This document shows positions 13,240 through 26,716 of a stretch of DNA of 64,000 bases, one piece after another (position 1 is the stretch's first letter; the number at the start of each line of letters is the position of its first letter). This DNA comes from Sphyrna mokarran. Taxonomy: Eukaryota. The notes beneath the pieces are model-generated. The model had not been told where the DNA came from. It saw nothing but the letters and a program-made list of their open reading frames with translations, and searched no databases. The position numbers and the translations under genes are program-made. The stretch spans positions 108,314,001 through 108,378,000 of the forward strand of contig JAGIQG010000001.1 in NCBI GenBank assembly GCA_024679065.1. The letters run 5' to 3'.

Positions 13240-14030
13240 CTTGCAGCAGAAGATAGAATACATTAGTGACACAATTTACGTTTGCACAGCACATTTAACA
13301 GGAGGGATGTCTAATGGCATTTTACAGATGGGCATAAGAAATGGAACTGGATGCTAAACCAGGAATAGTGGTGATGTAAACCTTGATGAAAACATGGGTT
13401 TGAAAGGATAACTGAAATATAAGAAAAAAGGTACAGAATTCCTGGAAGTGAACTCTAGAAAGGCAATTAAGGCAATGGGAATAAGGAGTGCTTGGAAAGG
13501 CTCATCACATTCGAGGAGCTTCCAGACATAAGACATCATGAGGTGATTTACAAGATTTTTTACTCAACCTAATCAGGGATGAGGAGACCATATATACTTG
13601 TGGGAATTTGAATGGCAGATGAATAGGAGTTACTGTAGGATATAATACAAGCTTGAGTTTCAGACATTTTGAAGTTTAAATATGGAAAGTACTAGAATAG
13701 TTGTCTGGAAGGGAAAAAGTCATGGAAGATTTCAGTGGTGGAAAGCTTGATATCAGATAAAATATCTGGCAGTGTGAATGCAGTTGAATGGTAAATAGAA
13801 ATGGTGATGAGAGCTGGGTGCAATTGTCATACATGTGGAAGTTCACCCTGTGTGATCTTTAACCTTTAGAATAATTTTGAAATAACAGCTGCTATTGATG
13901 AAGGATGGTGATATTGCTGGTTTTGGCCAGATCAGAACTAAAGCTTTGTGACTGGCCACTTCTGTGGCTTGACAACAGGAAGTGTACGTAGGGCTGGAAT
14001 AGAGGACTGATGAGGGCTGGGAAAATATCT
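13240..14030 (-). mobile_element. Old L2-like LINE fragment
   Basis: Purine-rich decayed RT-like sequence; recognised by eye only. Confidence 0.4.
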
Positions 14031-14034
14031 AATA

Positions 14035-14685
14035 GAAAATTGAAATGATTTTCTATGTCTATGTGTTGAGCTTCAATGAAGCAGCAGAAGAGATCAAGAC
14101 AGACGGGTAAGATTGCAAGTGGGACACATAATTAAGAAATAAAATAACTAGAAGTTCAGGAATACATTTACAGGCTGAATAGAAATGTTCATAAGGTGGT
14201 TACTCAATGTGGAGTTGTTCTCTGCAGTGTATATAAAGAATTGAATTCCTATGGTGAAAAAGAGGTAGTTAGGGTCAGGAAACATGCTACTAATGTAGTG
14301 ATGGCATCAGAAAAGTACTGAATGTAGATTGGAAAAGAATGGACAAGGAGCGGCAGAAGTGAGAAGAAATAAGTTCAATGTGGCAAAAAACACTGAAAAC
14401 ATGGGTTTATCAGAAAGTTCTATTTGCAGGTTGGGAAGCAAGTAGAAGTAGGTTGCGAGGGGTTGGTCTTGTCTACAAACTTGGAAGTGCGCAGTAGGAT
14501 GGGAAAGTTTCCAGAGGAGATAATTAATTTCAGCTGAGTTTAAAAAAAAAGTTTTCTGATTTAGGTCTTAGCTTTACTAAAGTCAACAACATTGATCTTG
14601 AATGCTGCAGAAATGTGGTCTGTAAAACATCGTGTGACATTCAGGTTACAGTCCATGGGGAGGTAGGTGGCAACGTCAGAGAATT
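14035..14685 (-). mobile_element. Penelope-like remnant, resumes at 15353-15430
   Basis: Similar to 9650-10260; interrupted by the MITE-like element at 14686. Confidence 0.5.
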
Positions 14686-15352
14686 GGGCCAGAATTTTAC
14701 ATTGAATGGGCGAATGTGTGCCCAATCTGGAAGCATGTAAAATCACGAAGAAACCAGGCACACATCATCCCTATTATCACACACCAATGCAATATTTTAG
14801 TTGATGGGCATGTGTGAGATTTCAGAAACATGCATATTGAAAATCAAGCTGGCTATTCAGCCCATTAAGAGGTCAATTCAACACAACTTACATGGCCTGT
14901 CTGCCTTTATGATTAGTGGGTGAAGTGTCCGGTCAGGCAGTCTTTACATTTTCATTGTAGCTGCAACCTTGATCCAGGGTGGGATGAAAAGGTGGCTCAA
15001 ATAAAATTAACAAAATGTGTCTGGGGATTGGAGTCTGTCTATGTTTGTCCTGCTCAGACACTGGTGACATAGTTTTGACGTAGATGTTTATTTTCACATG
15101 TCAGCAGCACCTTGAGACAGCTCCTCACTGGCTGTTCCCGTGAGGCAGTACATTAGAAACACTGGCTTGCAACCTCCCTTTTCTTTGGCGCCCACCCTCT
15201 TCCTGCCCTCCTGGGCAGTACTCAGCCTTTCACAGAGCACACCTCATATTGGATCGATGTTAATTGGCCAGCCAGCGTGAAATTGTAATCTGGGGTCCAC
15301 CGTATCCAGGCCTATCGAGTGCGCAAACCCAAAGGGTGACAAATTCAGGCCC
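14686..15352. mobile_element. MITE-like non-autonomous DNA element
   Basis: Terminal inverted repeats GGGCCAGAATTT / AAATTCAGGCCC (11 of 12 match), TA on right flank. Confidence 0.7.
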
Positions 15353-15760
15353 TAGAATGCAGCCTCAGTGAAGTTCGATGAACAACAACAGTGCCACCTT
15401 TGTCAGCGGGTTTAATGAAACGCTTTTGTCGCACTTTCACTGCAATACCATGTAAAAGTGATGAATTCCATTAACCAGATATCATAAAATACATATTATA
15501 AACTACACCCTACTTTAATGCAAATGACACCAGCATGATAATGCTTTCAATTATAAAATTAAATTGTCAAGTTTTGCTTCTGTTCCCACATTTTTCACTG
15601 ATTTTTGTATCCAGGTAAATTCCACATCATCAGTTTATAAATTAGATACTTTCACTTCTCTATTGAAAACACACCCGAATAGTATTAAATTATTGACATT
15701 ATTCACAAATTTATCTGTTTATATAATATCTGACTGAAATTATTTCCAATTTTAACATAC

Positions 15761-15972
15761 CTGCTTTGACAGCCCTTTCAAAGGAACATCATTCACTTGC
15801 AGTATGATATCCCCAACATTAATCTTCCCACATTCTGCTGCTGGTTGTCCAGGAAACAGTTTCTTTATTTTTACCACATTTTCACAGCATTCAGGATCCA
15901 AGTCACTGCTTTCAGCAAAACTAAAACCCAGTCCGGAGGAGTTTTTTATTAACTTCACTTTAAATATGTTAC
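15761..15972 (-). CDS. PTPN13: PTPN13 exon, PDZ3
   Basis: cag|GT AAC...AAG CAG|gtatg; 212 nt, phase 1-0; VKLIKNSSGLGFSF...KKLFPGQPAAECGKINVGDIILQVN. Confidence 0.96.
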
Positions 15973-16074
15973 CTGCAAAAGATGGATGGAAAGTAAATTT
16001 TTATTTGTAATGGATTTGAAAAATTAGTTCACAGGGTAAATCTGCACTCTAAAAGGGCTGAACTATATTCACAG

Positions 16075-16900
16075 AATTAAAGAACAATAGAGAACAGGAG
16101 ATCATTCTGCCATCAAGTCTGCACCAATTCTTTTGAGCAACAATTCATCTAGTTCAATTCCTCTATTATTTCCCCACATCACTGCAATTGTTTCACTTCA
16201 GCTATTTATCCAAGTACCTTTAGAAGGTTACATTTGCACCTGCACCTTCAATTCAATTATTCCAAATTCTAAACAACCAATGTGCAAAATTTCCCCTTCA
16301 TGTTGTATCTACTGCTTTTGCCAATCATCATATATCTGTTGGCTCTGATGATTGACCCTTCAGCCATGGGAAACAGGTCCCCCTCATATATGTTACATCT
16401 TTCATGATTTCACACAACTGTCAAATCTTCTTTGCTCTAAATATAATGAATGCCTCAGCATCAAGAAATATTTAAATAAAAGTTTTCTGTATTTCTTCTG
16501 AATCCTTCATCTCCTTCCTAAAGTGTAGTGTTGAGAATTGTCCCACCAGCAGGGCCGAGCAGGTGAATTATTTCAGAGTTTAGTGAAATTTCCTGGCTTT
16601 TGCACTCTACAATTTTAGTTATAAAACCCAGAATTATAAATGCTTTCATTAGCTGCTTTGATTAGCCTGCCATTGTGCACACAGTCTCTGGTCTATGTGT
16701 TCTTGCATTTACTTTAAAATGGCACCATTAAGCTTGAATTGTCTCCTTGTTCTTCCTTCCACAATGCATCACCTTACATGTTTGTGCATTGAATTTCAAC
16801 TCCCATTTATCCAAACATTCTACCATCTTCTCACTATTTATCACATTTTCAAATTACATGCCAAATGAAAATTTTGAAATTGTGTCCTGACCTCCCATGT
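16075..16900 (-). mobile_element. Old CR1 3' fragment
   Basis: Reverse-complement CR1 3' UTR and ORF2 end, heavily decayed. Confidence 0.6.
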
Positions 16901-16911
16901 CAACTCATTAT

Positions 16912-17400
16912 TGTGTTTGGATACCAGATCAGAAACCCCAAGATATAGTATGAAGTCAGACTAGACCCCAACTATTTTGGCATTAATGTGGGGACAGGGT
17001 GTTTCACTCCAGGCATAATTCTACTGACAAACCAAGGTCCTTTTATCAAAATAAAATTTAACACCACAATTTAATCATAATTAAATGGAATTATCTTCAA
17101 ATTAGCTTAACTTTTAACAACTGAACAATATATAAACATAGCAAGATACAATTCTTACGCATGTAACTCCATCCCTGTCAATCAGCCTAATCAAAATTCC
17201 ACTCTAAAAACCCGGGGGAGTTAAATAAACGAAAAATCCATCAACTCTACTAAGTAACAGTCTTTAACTAAAATCAATTATCAACCTGCATCCTTACTAA
17301 ACAAATCTTCTCTTGGAGCAACTGCCTCTTAAAGCAACCTCACCTTAAACACAAAATATAGCAAACAGCACAGCATCATCACAATTGTACATCACAGACT
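16912..17400. mobile_element. Possible LTR fragment
   Basis: Starts TGTGTTTGGATACCAG..., resembles shark LTR termini from memory; no TSD confirmed. Confidence 0.3.
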
Positions 17401-18699
17401 GCAAAAGTCCTGGTACTAAACCCAGAGGAACACTACATTTGTCCAAAAGATAGTCATTTACCAGTTCTCAAGGACAATTAAGGACTGGACAATAAATGCC
17501 AGCCTAGTTCATGATGCCAAAATAGCTCTTTACTTGAACTATTTTATATCCCTGTTGTTACTATCCTTTTATTCCATGAACTTCAATTTTATTAGCAAGA
17601 CAATTACATCAACAACTTCATCATCAATGTGGTACTTTAATGAACGTCCATATACACAATATAAACATGATGGCACTTCCACTTGGAGGTGTTTTCAGGG
17701 GGAGTCAGCGTGTCTCATCAAGTTCATTAAACATTAAAAAGCTTTTTAACAAATCCATGCTACCTCTACTTAGTTATTCCACACTTGTCCAAGATAGTGA
17801 TATCATTTTTTAAAGCTTTTACAGCACCGAGTTTAATGGATTTACCCTTACATCTTGAGACTGGTGGTAAGCAGCCCTCAAGTGGCCATTATTTTGAGCA
17901 AGGGCAGGCTTCCTGTTGAGCTTCTGCCTGGCCCAGCGTGAAATCATTATAGGTCAGGATGAGAATATGAAGGAAATCTCATTCCTGCCCTGCAACTTCA
18001 TACTGCCTCTGTCCAAAATACCATGATATGGGGAAATTAGAGGGAATTTCTGGTCTACAACATAAATACAATCTTCTTCCTCTGTAAAGACAGATATGAA
18101 GTGCACATTTAATACTCAGCCACGCACAAACCTTCTTTTTACCTTCTAATAAACCCACCCCCCTTTTACTATCCTTTTATGATTCCTGTATTTATTCTAG
18201 TAGAGGATAATTCTGGAAGATGTCAACTCAGTCACCTCGACTGTACTGTGGGTAGATGAAGAACCTCTCCAGTGACAAGCAGGAGAAGGTAGAGGACGAT
18301 TCTGGGAGCAGCCGACCTCCTTCTCCTCTAACCAAAAACAAAAGGCATTGTGAGGGCATAGATGGCAGTTAGGACAGAGATATGCTCCTCCCGCCAGATG
18401 TGGGAGATCAGGGAGCTTTCTAGTGTCCCTGGTAACTATGTCTGATCAGCTGCAACTCCTCACAGGCAGCGTAGTTCAGTTGGAACATCAGCTGGACACA
18501 CTGCAGAGCATATAGGAGGCAGACTGAGTGATAGACACTAGCATCAGGGAGGTGGTCAACCAAAATCCAGACACCCTGGGGTAGATTGGTGAACACCAGG
18601 AGAGACAGACAAGTAAGGCAGTAATCTCCTGTAGCTATTCGCCCCCTCTCAAAAAGTATATTGTTCTGGTTACTGTTGAGGGGGGGATAGCCCTATCTA

Positions 18700-18907
18700 T
18701 GCAACCCCACATACGTTCCCTGCTAATCTCCCTGAGACTAATTTAGCGTGGCCAATCAACCTAACCTGTACATCTTTGGACCATGGGAGGAAACCCATGC
18801 TGACATGGGGAGAATGTGCAAACTCCAAACAGACAGCGATTCAAGGTGGAATCAAACCCAGGTATCTGGCACTGTGAAGCAGCAATGCTGACCACTGTAC
18901 CACCATA
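18700..18907 (-). mobile_element. HE1-like V-SINE nested in CR1
   Basis: Reverse complement of the SINE head and V-domain. Confidence 0.8.
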
Positions 18908-19610
18908 TCACCTTTACATCAGGAATAAGAAGGTAGCAAGAGAATGAGTAGGCCCACTCAAGGACAATGGAGGGAAATTACGCATGGAGCCATAGGAAGC
19001 GGTGAGATCCTCGATGAGTACTTTGCATCAATATTCACCAAGAAGGAGGACATGATAGAAGTTGAGGTCAAGCATAAGTATGTGAATGTTCTAGAAAATG
19101 TCAAGATATCAAAAGAGGCAATGCATTAAGGTAGACAAATTACTGGGGCTGGATGGGATCTATCCCAGGTTACTCTGGAGGCGAGGGAATAAATAGCTGG
19201 GGCCTTAACATATTCCTTTACATTCACTTTGACCACAGGTGTGATTTCAGAAGATTGGAGAATTGCTAAAGAAAGGAAGCAAGGATAATCCAGGAATTTG
19301 TAGACCAGTGAGCCTAATGTCAGTGGTGGGAAAGCTTTGAGAAGATACTGAGGGACAGAATATGTGCACATTTGGAAAAAAATGGACTAGTTGGTGACAG
19401 GCAGCGTGGTTTTATACAGAGAAGGTTATGTCTCATCATCTTGATTGAGTTTTTTGAAGAGGTGACAAAGATAATTGATGAAGCAAGGGCTATGGATATA
19501 GTTTATATGGACTTTAAAAGGTGCCACATGGTAGGTGAATACAAAAACTATAATCACATGGGATTCAGGGTTGGCTGGCTAGATGGGTACACAACTGGCT
19601 TGGTTATAGG

Positions 19611-19782
19611 CAATAAAGACTCACATTCCAATCATTATTCATGTAAATTGAGTTTGTGTCTTTGTGCCCTGTTCGTGATCAGAACTCCCACCCACTTGAT
19701 GAAGGGACAGCCTGTTCCGAAAGCTTGTGCATTTGCTACAAATAAATCTGTTGGACTTTAAACTGCTGTTGTGAGACTTCTT
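19611..19782 (+). mobile_element. Penelope-like terminal fragment with hammerhead-like motif and 11-bp TSD
   Basis: TTGGTTATAGG at 19600-19610 and 19783-19793; TTGATGA-A-GGGACA-GCC-TGTTCC-GAAA-GCTT. Confidence 0.75.
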
Positions 19783-21014
19783 TTGGTTATAGGAAACAGA
19801 GTAGCAGTGGAAGGATATTTTTCAGAATGGTGATCTGAAAGCAATGGCATTTCTCAGGGAATGAGGTCTAGGACCTATTGATGTTTGCAGTATACATAAA
19901 TGATCTGAAGGGAAATGTAGAAGGGATTGGTTGAGTTGCTGATAATACTGGGGATTGTCAGGGGATACAAGAGGATAGAGACAGATTGGAGACTTGAGCA
20001 TAGAAATGGCAGATGGAGGTCAGTCTGGACAAACGTGCAGTGATGTATTTAGGAGGATCAAATTGTTCGTGAATTTTACTGTAAATGGCAGAATTCTTGG
20101 GAACATTAACATAAAGGGGTCTGGGCATGCAGATTCATGGTTCCCCAAAAGTGACAACATAGTAGCCAAGGTGATTAGGAAAGCAGATGGCATGCTTGCT
20201 TTCATCAGCCAGGGCATTGAATACAAGAGTTGGGAAATCACGTGGTAGCAATATAAAACTTTGGTTCGGCCACATTTGGAGTATTGCGCATAGTTTTGGT
20301 CACCACACTACCAGAAGGATGTGGAAGCTTTGGAGAGAGTGCAAAGAAGGTTCATCAGGATGTTGCCTGATCAAGGGTTTTCATTATGAGGAAGGTTATT
20401 TTCATCGGAAAGACAGTGGCTGTGGGAGGACCTGATAAAAGTCTACGAAATTATGAGAGGCATAGATGTGGTGGACAGTCAGAGGCTTTTTCCAAGGGTA
20501 GAAGTGTCAATTTCAAGGGGGCACAGGTTCATGTTAAGAGGGGGAAAGTTTAAGGGAGATGTGCAGAGAATATTTCCATGCAGAGCATGATGGGTACCTG
20601 GAATGCACTACCAAAGATGGTATAGAAGCAGGCATATTAGCAACATTTAAGAGGCATCTGGATGGGTATATGAATAGGGAGGGAATAGAGGGATACAGAT
20701 CGAGTAAGGGCAGAAGGTTTTTTTCTTTAATTAGGGCATCATGATCGACAAAGGCTTGGAAGACCCAAAGACCTGTTCCTCTGCTTCTCATTACTTTTTT
20801 CACTTTCCCTCTGAGCTTTCTATATTCAGCCTGGTTTTCATTTGTGTTATCAACGGATATCTGTCATGCATGCTGTGTTCTGCTTCTGCTTGGGAAGAAA
20901 TCAGAGATCATTATTGCCTTTTTAATTTAATTGCTCTTTGCCTTAAAAAGCTGAATCATCAGCTATGTTTGCAAATGCTACGTCTCAACAATTTTAAACA
21001 TCCCAGTTTCTTAC

Positions 21015-21198
21015 CGTCATTGTCAGAAGTATAATCTTTGGCAGTTGATGGCGTGGGTTTTGAGCTTAGTTCTTTTTTGTCAGATGATTCACAAGGTGCA
21101 CTTTGATTGGCTGCACATGGAGGTGTGCACTGCGGAGTGACAGGAGCATGAACACTGGCTGCAGGAAGCTGCCCCTTCTCTAATAACAGATGAACAAC
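21015..21198 (-). CDS. PTPN13: PTPN13 exon, end of PDZ2 plus linker
   Basis: cag|GTT GTT CAT...GAC G|gtaag; 184 nt; VVHLLLEKGQ...PVTPQCT...KDY. Confidence 0.95.
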
Positions 21199-21489
21199 CT
21201 GGAAAGAAGAATTTGCTTCATACATTTGTGACTTAACATTTAATATACAATGCACTCATGTATGCAGCGAGTCTTCCCATAACAAAACAACCGAAGTGTT
21301 TGAAATTTTGTCATTCTCTCCGGTAAAGGGTTTGCTTCTATCTTCACTTTGTGCCTAAGTCACTTTACAAACGATCAGTAATGTTAATTTCTTTTAAACA
21401 GTTGGAAATATATGAACTTTGACAAACGTAAGTAGTATGTATTCGGCAAATTTAGAATTTGGTCTATGAATTCTGTGCTTCAGACTAGG

Positions 21490-21610
21490 AGTGGAAGGAT
21501 ATGGAGAGATACAAATGAATAGTCTAGTTGGAAGCATGAGCGGCACAGGCTTAGGGGGAGGTGAGGGGGGCAGGGTCGAAAGGCCTGTTTCCTGTGCTGT
21601 ATTATTCTTT
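21490..21610 (+). mobile_element. CR1 3' UTR tail
   Basis: GGAAGGATATGG...GGGTCGAAAGGCCTGTTTCCTGTGCTGT. Confidence 0.65.
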
Positions 21611-21624
21611 GTCCAGAGAAGTGC

Positions 21625-22705
21625 ATCTGCAAGATACCCAAAAGTGCACTGGGGAAACACTCCCAATCCCCCCATCCTAGGGTGTTGCCAGGTTCTTCAA
21701 ATGGCTGAGATGATCAAACTTCTGACATGGTGTACTGCGAAGTACCCAGAAATGTGATTTAAATTGCAAACCTCAAATGGTTCTAACATCTTACAGCAAG
21801 TTACTCAGGAAAGACTAGTAGTAGTACGACTACTTATAGCTTCTGGTAACTGTTGTATTAACTCCCTGGACACCATACAGGACCTCTGCCCAGTTCCCAC
21901 CTCCTCACTACACCCACGAACTCAAAGGACACCCATGACTGCCCACATTCTAATGGGACTGCTGATTACCTCCCAATCCCCCACTAGTTCATCCCAATCT
22001 GCACAGGACCCTGCCTGATCCACTAGGGAACTCTGCCGAATGTGTCCCCCTGGCAAGAAAGATTCCATTGACCACTCAACCCCAGCCCTTGACTGTCATT
22101 ACCTCATACTCCAACCCCACCCAACAAATGTTCACCACAACATATACCTCCACTGACCACCTAACTTGCCATTCGATCAAACTTGATTGGCACTACCACT
22201 GACTACTTGATCCCCAACATACACACCCCAACATTGACGATGCCATCTTCCCACTGACCATTCTACCCCACCCCGAATGACCACCTGACCCCAGTGAATG
22301 ATGACCCAATCTCCACTCCTACACCCCATCAACCATCTGATGAACGACACTGACCACCACACTTCTATTCCCACTAACCACCATCTAACTGACTAACCCC
22401 AGATGACTGCACTTCTTCAACAGACCCCCTTCCTTCAATCTTATCAACTAACTATACAAACCTATCTCATCACTGGCTTAAATCCCCTGGGGATGGTCCA
22501 AATTCTAACTATCTTCCTGATTAACCTTTGCTCCTGGCTTGGAAATAGCTGAACCTTTAAAGCTACCCAATTTATAGCTGGGAACACTATCCTTATGTCT
22601 AACTGTGCAGCCCTCGACTGAAAGCAACAGGAGAGCACTGCATACAAATTTCTCACCCAACCTGAGTCAGAAAATCAGATGAGAAAGGATTGCCTAGATT
22701 TTGAC
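21625..22705. mobile_element. Non-coding repeat with C-rich interior (family of 7189-7977)
   Basis: AGTTACTCAGGAA at ~21800; degenerate ACTGACCACC repeats 22000-22430. Confidence 0.5.
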
Positions 22706-22721
22706 ACAGGAAATCAGAGGA

Positions 22722-23492
22722 CAAAGTGGAAGTGGTCAAGAGCTACAAGTTTTTAGGTGTCCAGATCACCAATCCGTCCTGGTCCCTCCACGCTGACACT
22801 ATAATTAAGAAAGACCACCAATGCCCCTGCTTTCTCAGGCTAAGAAAATTTGGCTACGACTCTCACCAACTTTTACAGATGCACCATAGAAAACATTCTT
22901 TCTGGTTATATCACAGCTTGGTGTAGCTTCTCCTTTGCTTAAAGCTGCAAACTATAAATGAACAAAGCCCAGTCTACCATGCAAACCAGCCTCCCATCCA
23001 TGACTTGTCAACACTACTTGTTGCCTCAAAAAAAAAAATCAGCATAATCAAGGACTCGACACACCTTGGACATTCTCTCTTCCACCTTGTTCCGTCTAGA
23101 AAAAGATACAAAAGTCTGAGAACGCACACTGACCAGTTCACTAATGTCCTTTAGGAAAGGAAATATGCCGTCCTTACCACTCTGGCCTACATGCAACCCC
23201 AGACCCACTACTCTCAACTAACCTCAAACAACTAGGGATAAGCAATAAATGCTACTCAGCCTGCGACGCCCACATCCCACAAATGAACAGCTTTTTCTCT
23301 GCTACTAACTTTTGAATGGACCTCTCTGATATTAATTCGATCTTTCTCTACAGCCAAGCTATGACTGTAACATTACATTCTGCATTCTCTCTTTCCTTTC
23401 TGTGTCCAATATTACTTTGCCTGTAATGCATGCAAGAAACAATACTTTTCACTCTTTTCTAGTGCATGTGACAATAATAAATCAAATCAAAT
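22722..23492 (+). mobile_element. Rex1/Babar-type LINE 3' fragment
   Basis: VEVVKSYKFLGVQIT; collinear with 4585-5236; tail AATAAATCAAATCAAATC. Confidence 0.85.
23131..23287 (+). mobile_element. SINE 3' portion nested in Rex1
   Basis: GTTCACTAATGTCCTTTAGGAAAGGAAAT...GCAATAAATGCT...GCGACGCCCACATCCCA; tail shared with the LINE at 5940-6008. Confidence 0.7.
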
Positions 23493-24361
23493 CAGCAGAG
23501 TGGCAATCTGATCTTGATTGTCATTTCATGGAAGTTCAGGCCCAAATATTCTATTGCATTGGAACACAATGCAAAATGTTCAAAGAGACAAGGAACTTTG
23601 CAAAGTCACTAAGTAAGGACTTTAAAACAAGCTTTCACATCTCAGACTGTGATTGAATAGTGACTTAAAGCATGACACACAAGAAAGAAAGACAACAAAA
23701 TATAATCAGAATTTGTGCTGACAAGTCTTACAATTCACTTCATACTAGCACTGTATCTATACCATATGGACTGCAATGATTTAAGGTGGCAGCTCGTCAC
23801 CTTTTCAAGGGCGATTAGAGGTGGGCAACAAATGTTGGCTAGTCAGCGATGCCCACATGTGGTGAAAGAATACAAGTTAAATTGCTAATGTGCAGAAGAA
23901 TTTTTTTTTGAAATTTATATCAGCGATTAATGTAAATATAAAGTACAGAATGAGGAAAGGTGATTTAAATCCAAAATTCCCAACCCTTCAAACAGAATAT
24001 GCACAATTTTCCCCAAGCAAGGCAGTAAGTAGAGATAATACCTGCAAAGATCAATTAACATTAGACAATGGTTCCAGTCACGTGAAAACATCAGTGTTCT
24101 GCATAATAATTTCATCAATATTCATTTATTTTGCAAGTTTCTTCACCAGATGCTCATCTAGCACTCCCTTCCCACTACAAATGGGAACACACAATTTTAT
24201 CATTTAAATGAGTTTGTCCTAATGATTGTCCATACCATGAGGAAAATAAAGCTGCAAGCAGACCACAAAGCCAGACAGTGCCTAATAACCTGGTGTGTTT
24301 ACCTTATCTTTTCTGATTACAATCACAGATTAGAAATCTCTGAGATAGTGGATATACATAC

Positions 24362-24447
24362 TTGTCCTGTGCTCCTTAGAGTCTCCACGGCCTGTTTATG
24401 AGTCGCACCCTCTAGACAGATTCCATTCACAGAAAGAACACGGTCAC
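24362..24447 (-). CDS. PTPN13: PTPN13 exon, PDZ2
   Basis: cag|GT GAC...GGA CAA|gtatg; 86 nt; DRVLSVNGICLEGATHKQAVETLRSTGQ. Confidence 0.96.
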
Positions 24448-25039
24448 CTGTCAATGAGTCAGCAAAAGTTTATGGAAAAGATATAATCAAAACATTTGGG
24501 ACCTGAACTTGGATCTGGGTACCAGCAAGGGGTGATGGCTGAACTGGTGCCAAAGCTAATGACTTCCTGTGCAAAAGATAATGACGTTAGAATTATTATC
24601 CCTAAACTACAGCAAAGCATAACATTAACAAAGTCTGCCCGAGCAAACAGGTTCAGACTTTGTCTCAAACTGCCAGGCAATGAGATCATTTGTAAGAGTG
24701 GAGTGGATTGCCAGTGCAACAAGGTTAAGCCAGTAGCAATTGCTTCAAATTGATGGGAAGGGATTGATTTACTTTACTTAGTAATAATTTGGGGATTTTC
24801 AGAACACATGCCAGCTCTCACTGGCAAGACATTGGACAATCACTACAGATGGAAATTCTGGGATAGCAAATCCGATTTTCAGGTGCAAGTTTTACATAGC
24901 TTCATTGTAAATATTTGAAATGTCCTTTAAATTCCAAAAAGAAAAAAACTAAAATGTACACCCTGCTGAGTTTTGTTTATTATTCTGTATAAGTGGTATT
25001 TAGATGAACAGGTTTGTCTCCCCTCCAAAAATAAAGAAC

Positions 25040-25290
25040 AAAAGATAGGAAGAATGAAAAGAAATTGGACAGGACATTGGGAGAACTTCATTGTTCTTCC
25101 TTGACATAACATCATTGGATCTTTTATACTAATGTAAGGAGGCAGACAGAGCTTTCGTTATACACCTCCACCACTGCAATATTCCCTCAGTATTGCAGTG
25201 GGTCAAGATTACTTTCTCAAGTCTCAGGGATGGGTATAAACTCATGATCTTCTGACTTGGAAGTGAGTATGTAACCATTGAGCAAAGGTG
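25040..25290 (-). mobile_element. DeuSINE-like element
   Basis: GGATCTTTT...GGCAGACAGAGC...TCCCTCAGTATTGCA...TTCTGACT, similar to 33560-33940. Confidence 0.55.
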
Positions 25291-25329
25291 GACGCAGCTA
25301 AAACAGCCATAGTATACCACGTAATGTTC

Positions 25330-26716
25330 AAAAAGGGAGACAGGTAGGAAGTAAAGAACTATATATAGTCCAGTTAGTTTAACATCTGTAGTTGGAAAAT
25401 TGTTGGAATTCATTATTTAGCAGGTGGTAATGAGATATTTGGAAGTCAAAACACAATTTATCACAGTCAGCATGGTTTTATGAAGGGTAAATTGTGATGA
25501 CTAATTTACTACAGTTCTTTGAAGACATAACAGGCAAAGTGAATAATGGAGATGCTGTAGATTCAATTTATCTGGACTTCCAGAAGGCATTTGATACAGT
25601 GCTGCACAAAAGATTAATATACAGAGTAAAATCCCATGGGGCTTTCAGTAATGTATTAGCTTAGATAGAGGATTGGTTAACCAACAGAAAATGGGGATAA
25701 ATGGGTCTTTTCCTGATTGGCAATCTGTAAGTAAAGCGGTGTCACATGATTTGATCCTCAGGCTCCAACTATTTAGAATCTATGTTAATGACATGGATGC
25801 AGAGATAGAACGTACTATCACCAAATTTACAAATGACACTAAAATACATGGGAAAGGAAGTTGCAATGAGGTACTAAGAAATTTACAAATGGATATGGAT
25901 GTGTTAGATGAGTGAGTGGACCAAAATATGACAGATGGAACTTAGTGTGGATAAATGTGAGATGATACATTTTTGGTCAGAGGAATAAAAGGCTAAATCT
26001 AAATAGCTAAATAGAGCAAAGTTTTGGTGCAGAGAAATCTGAGTGTCCTTCTGCATAAATTGCAGAAAATTAGTTTGCAGGTGCAGCAGATAATAAGGAA
26101 AAAAATGGAATTTTCATTGCTAATAGAATAGAAAACAAAAGTTGAGAAATGCTGTTGTAATTGTGTAGGACAGCAGTGAGACCACATCTGGAGTACTGCA
26201 CACATTTCTGGCCCCTTACTGGAAGGCATGCATTAGAAGTGGTTCAGGAAAGATTCAACAGGTTGATTCCATGGATGAAGGACTTGTCTTATGAAGAGAA
26301 AGTGAGCAGTTTAAGTCTATGCTTTATGTAGTTTGGAAGAATGAGAGGAGATCTAATGGGGGTATATAAGATCCATAAGGGAATTGATAGGATAAAACAG
26401 AGCAGATGTTTCTCCTTGTTGGGCATTCTGGAAGGAGGCCATAGTTTTAGCCTAAGGGATGGCAGTTTTAAAACAGAATTGAGAAATTAAAGGGTCATTT
26501 AAAGGGTCGTGAATCTGTGGAATTCACTATACCAAACTACAATGGATACCAGAACACTGAACAAATTTGAGGAGATAGATAAGTTTTTAATAAATAGTGG
26601 GATGAAGGGTTATGGGGAACAAGGCAGAAAGTGGAGCTGAGGCCAGCCGTGATCATATTGAATGGCAGGGCAAGCTTGAAGGGCTGAATTGTCTATTTCT
26701 GCTCCTAGTTCTTATT
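25330..26716 (+). mobile_element. CR1 LINE, decayed RT and 3' end
   Basis: YLDFQKAFD near 25570; TKFTNDTK (decayed KFADDTK); CR1 C-terminus and tail. Confidence 0.88.

Larger units (their letters stand above)
18195..20785 (+). mobile_element. Internally deleted CR1 (ORF1 fragment plus ORF2 RT/3' end) with nested insertions
   Basis: ORF1-like QMWEIRE...LQLL...LEHQLDTL at 18390-18520; LIEFFEEVTKIIDE...DIVYMDF at 19440-19515; CR1 C-terminus 20260-20700. Confidence 0.85.
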
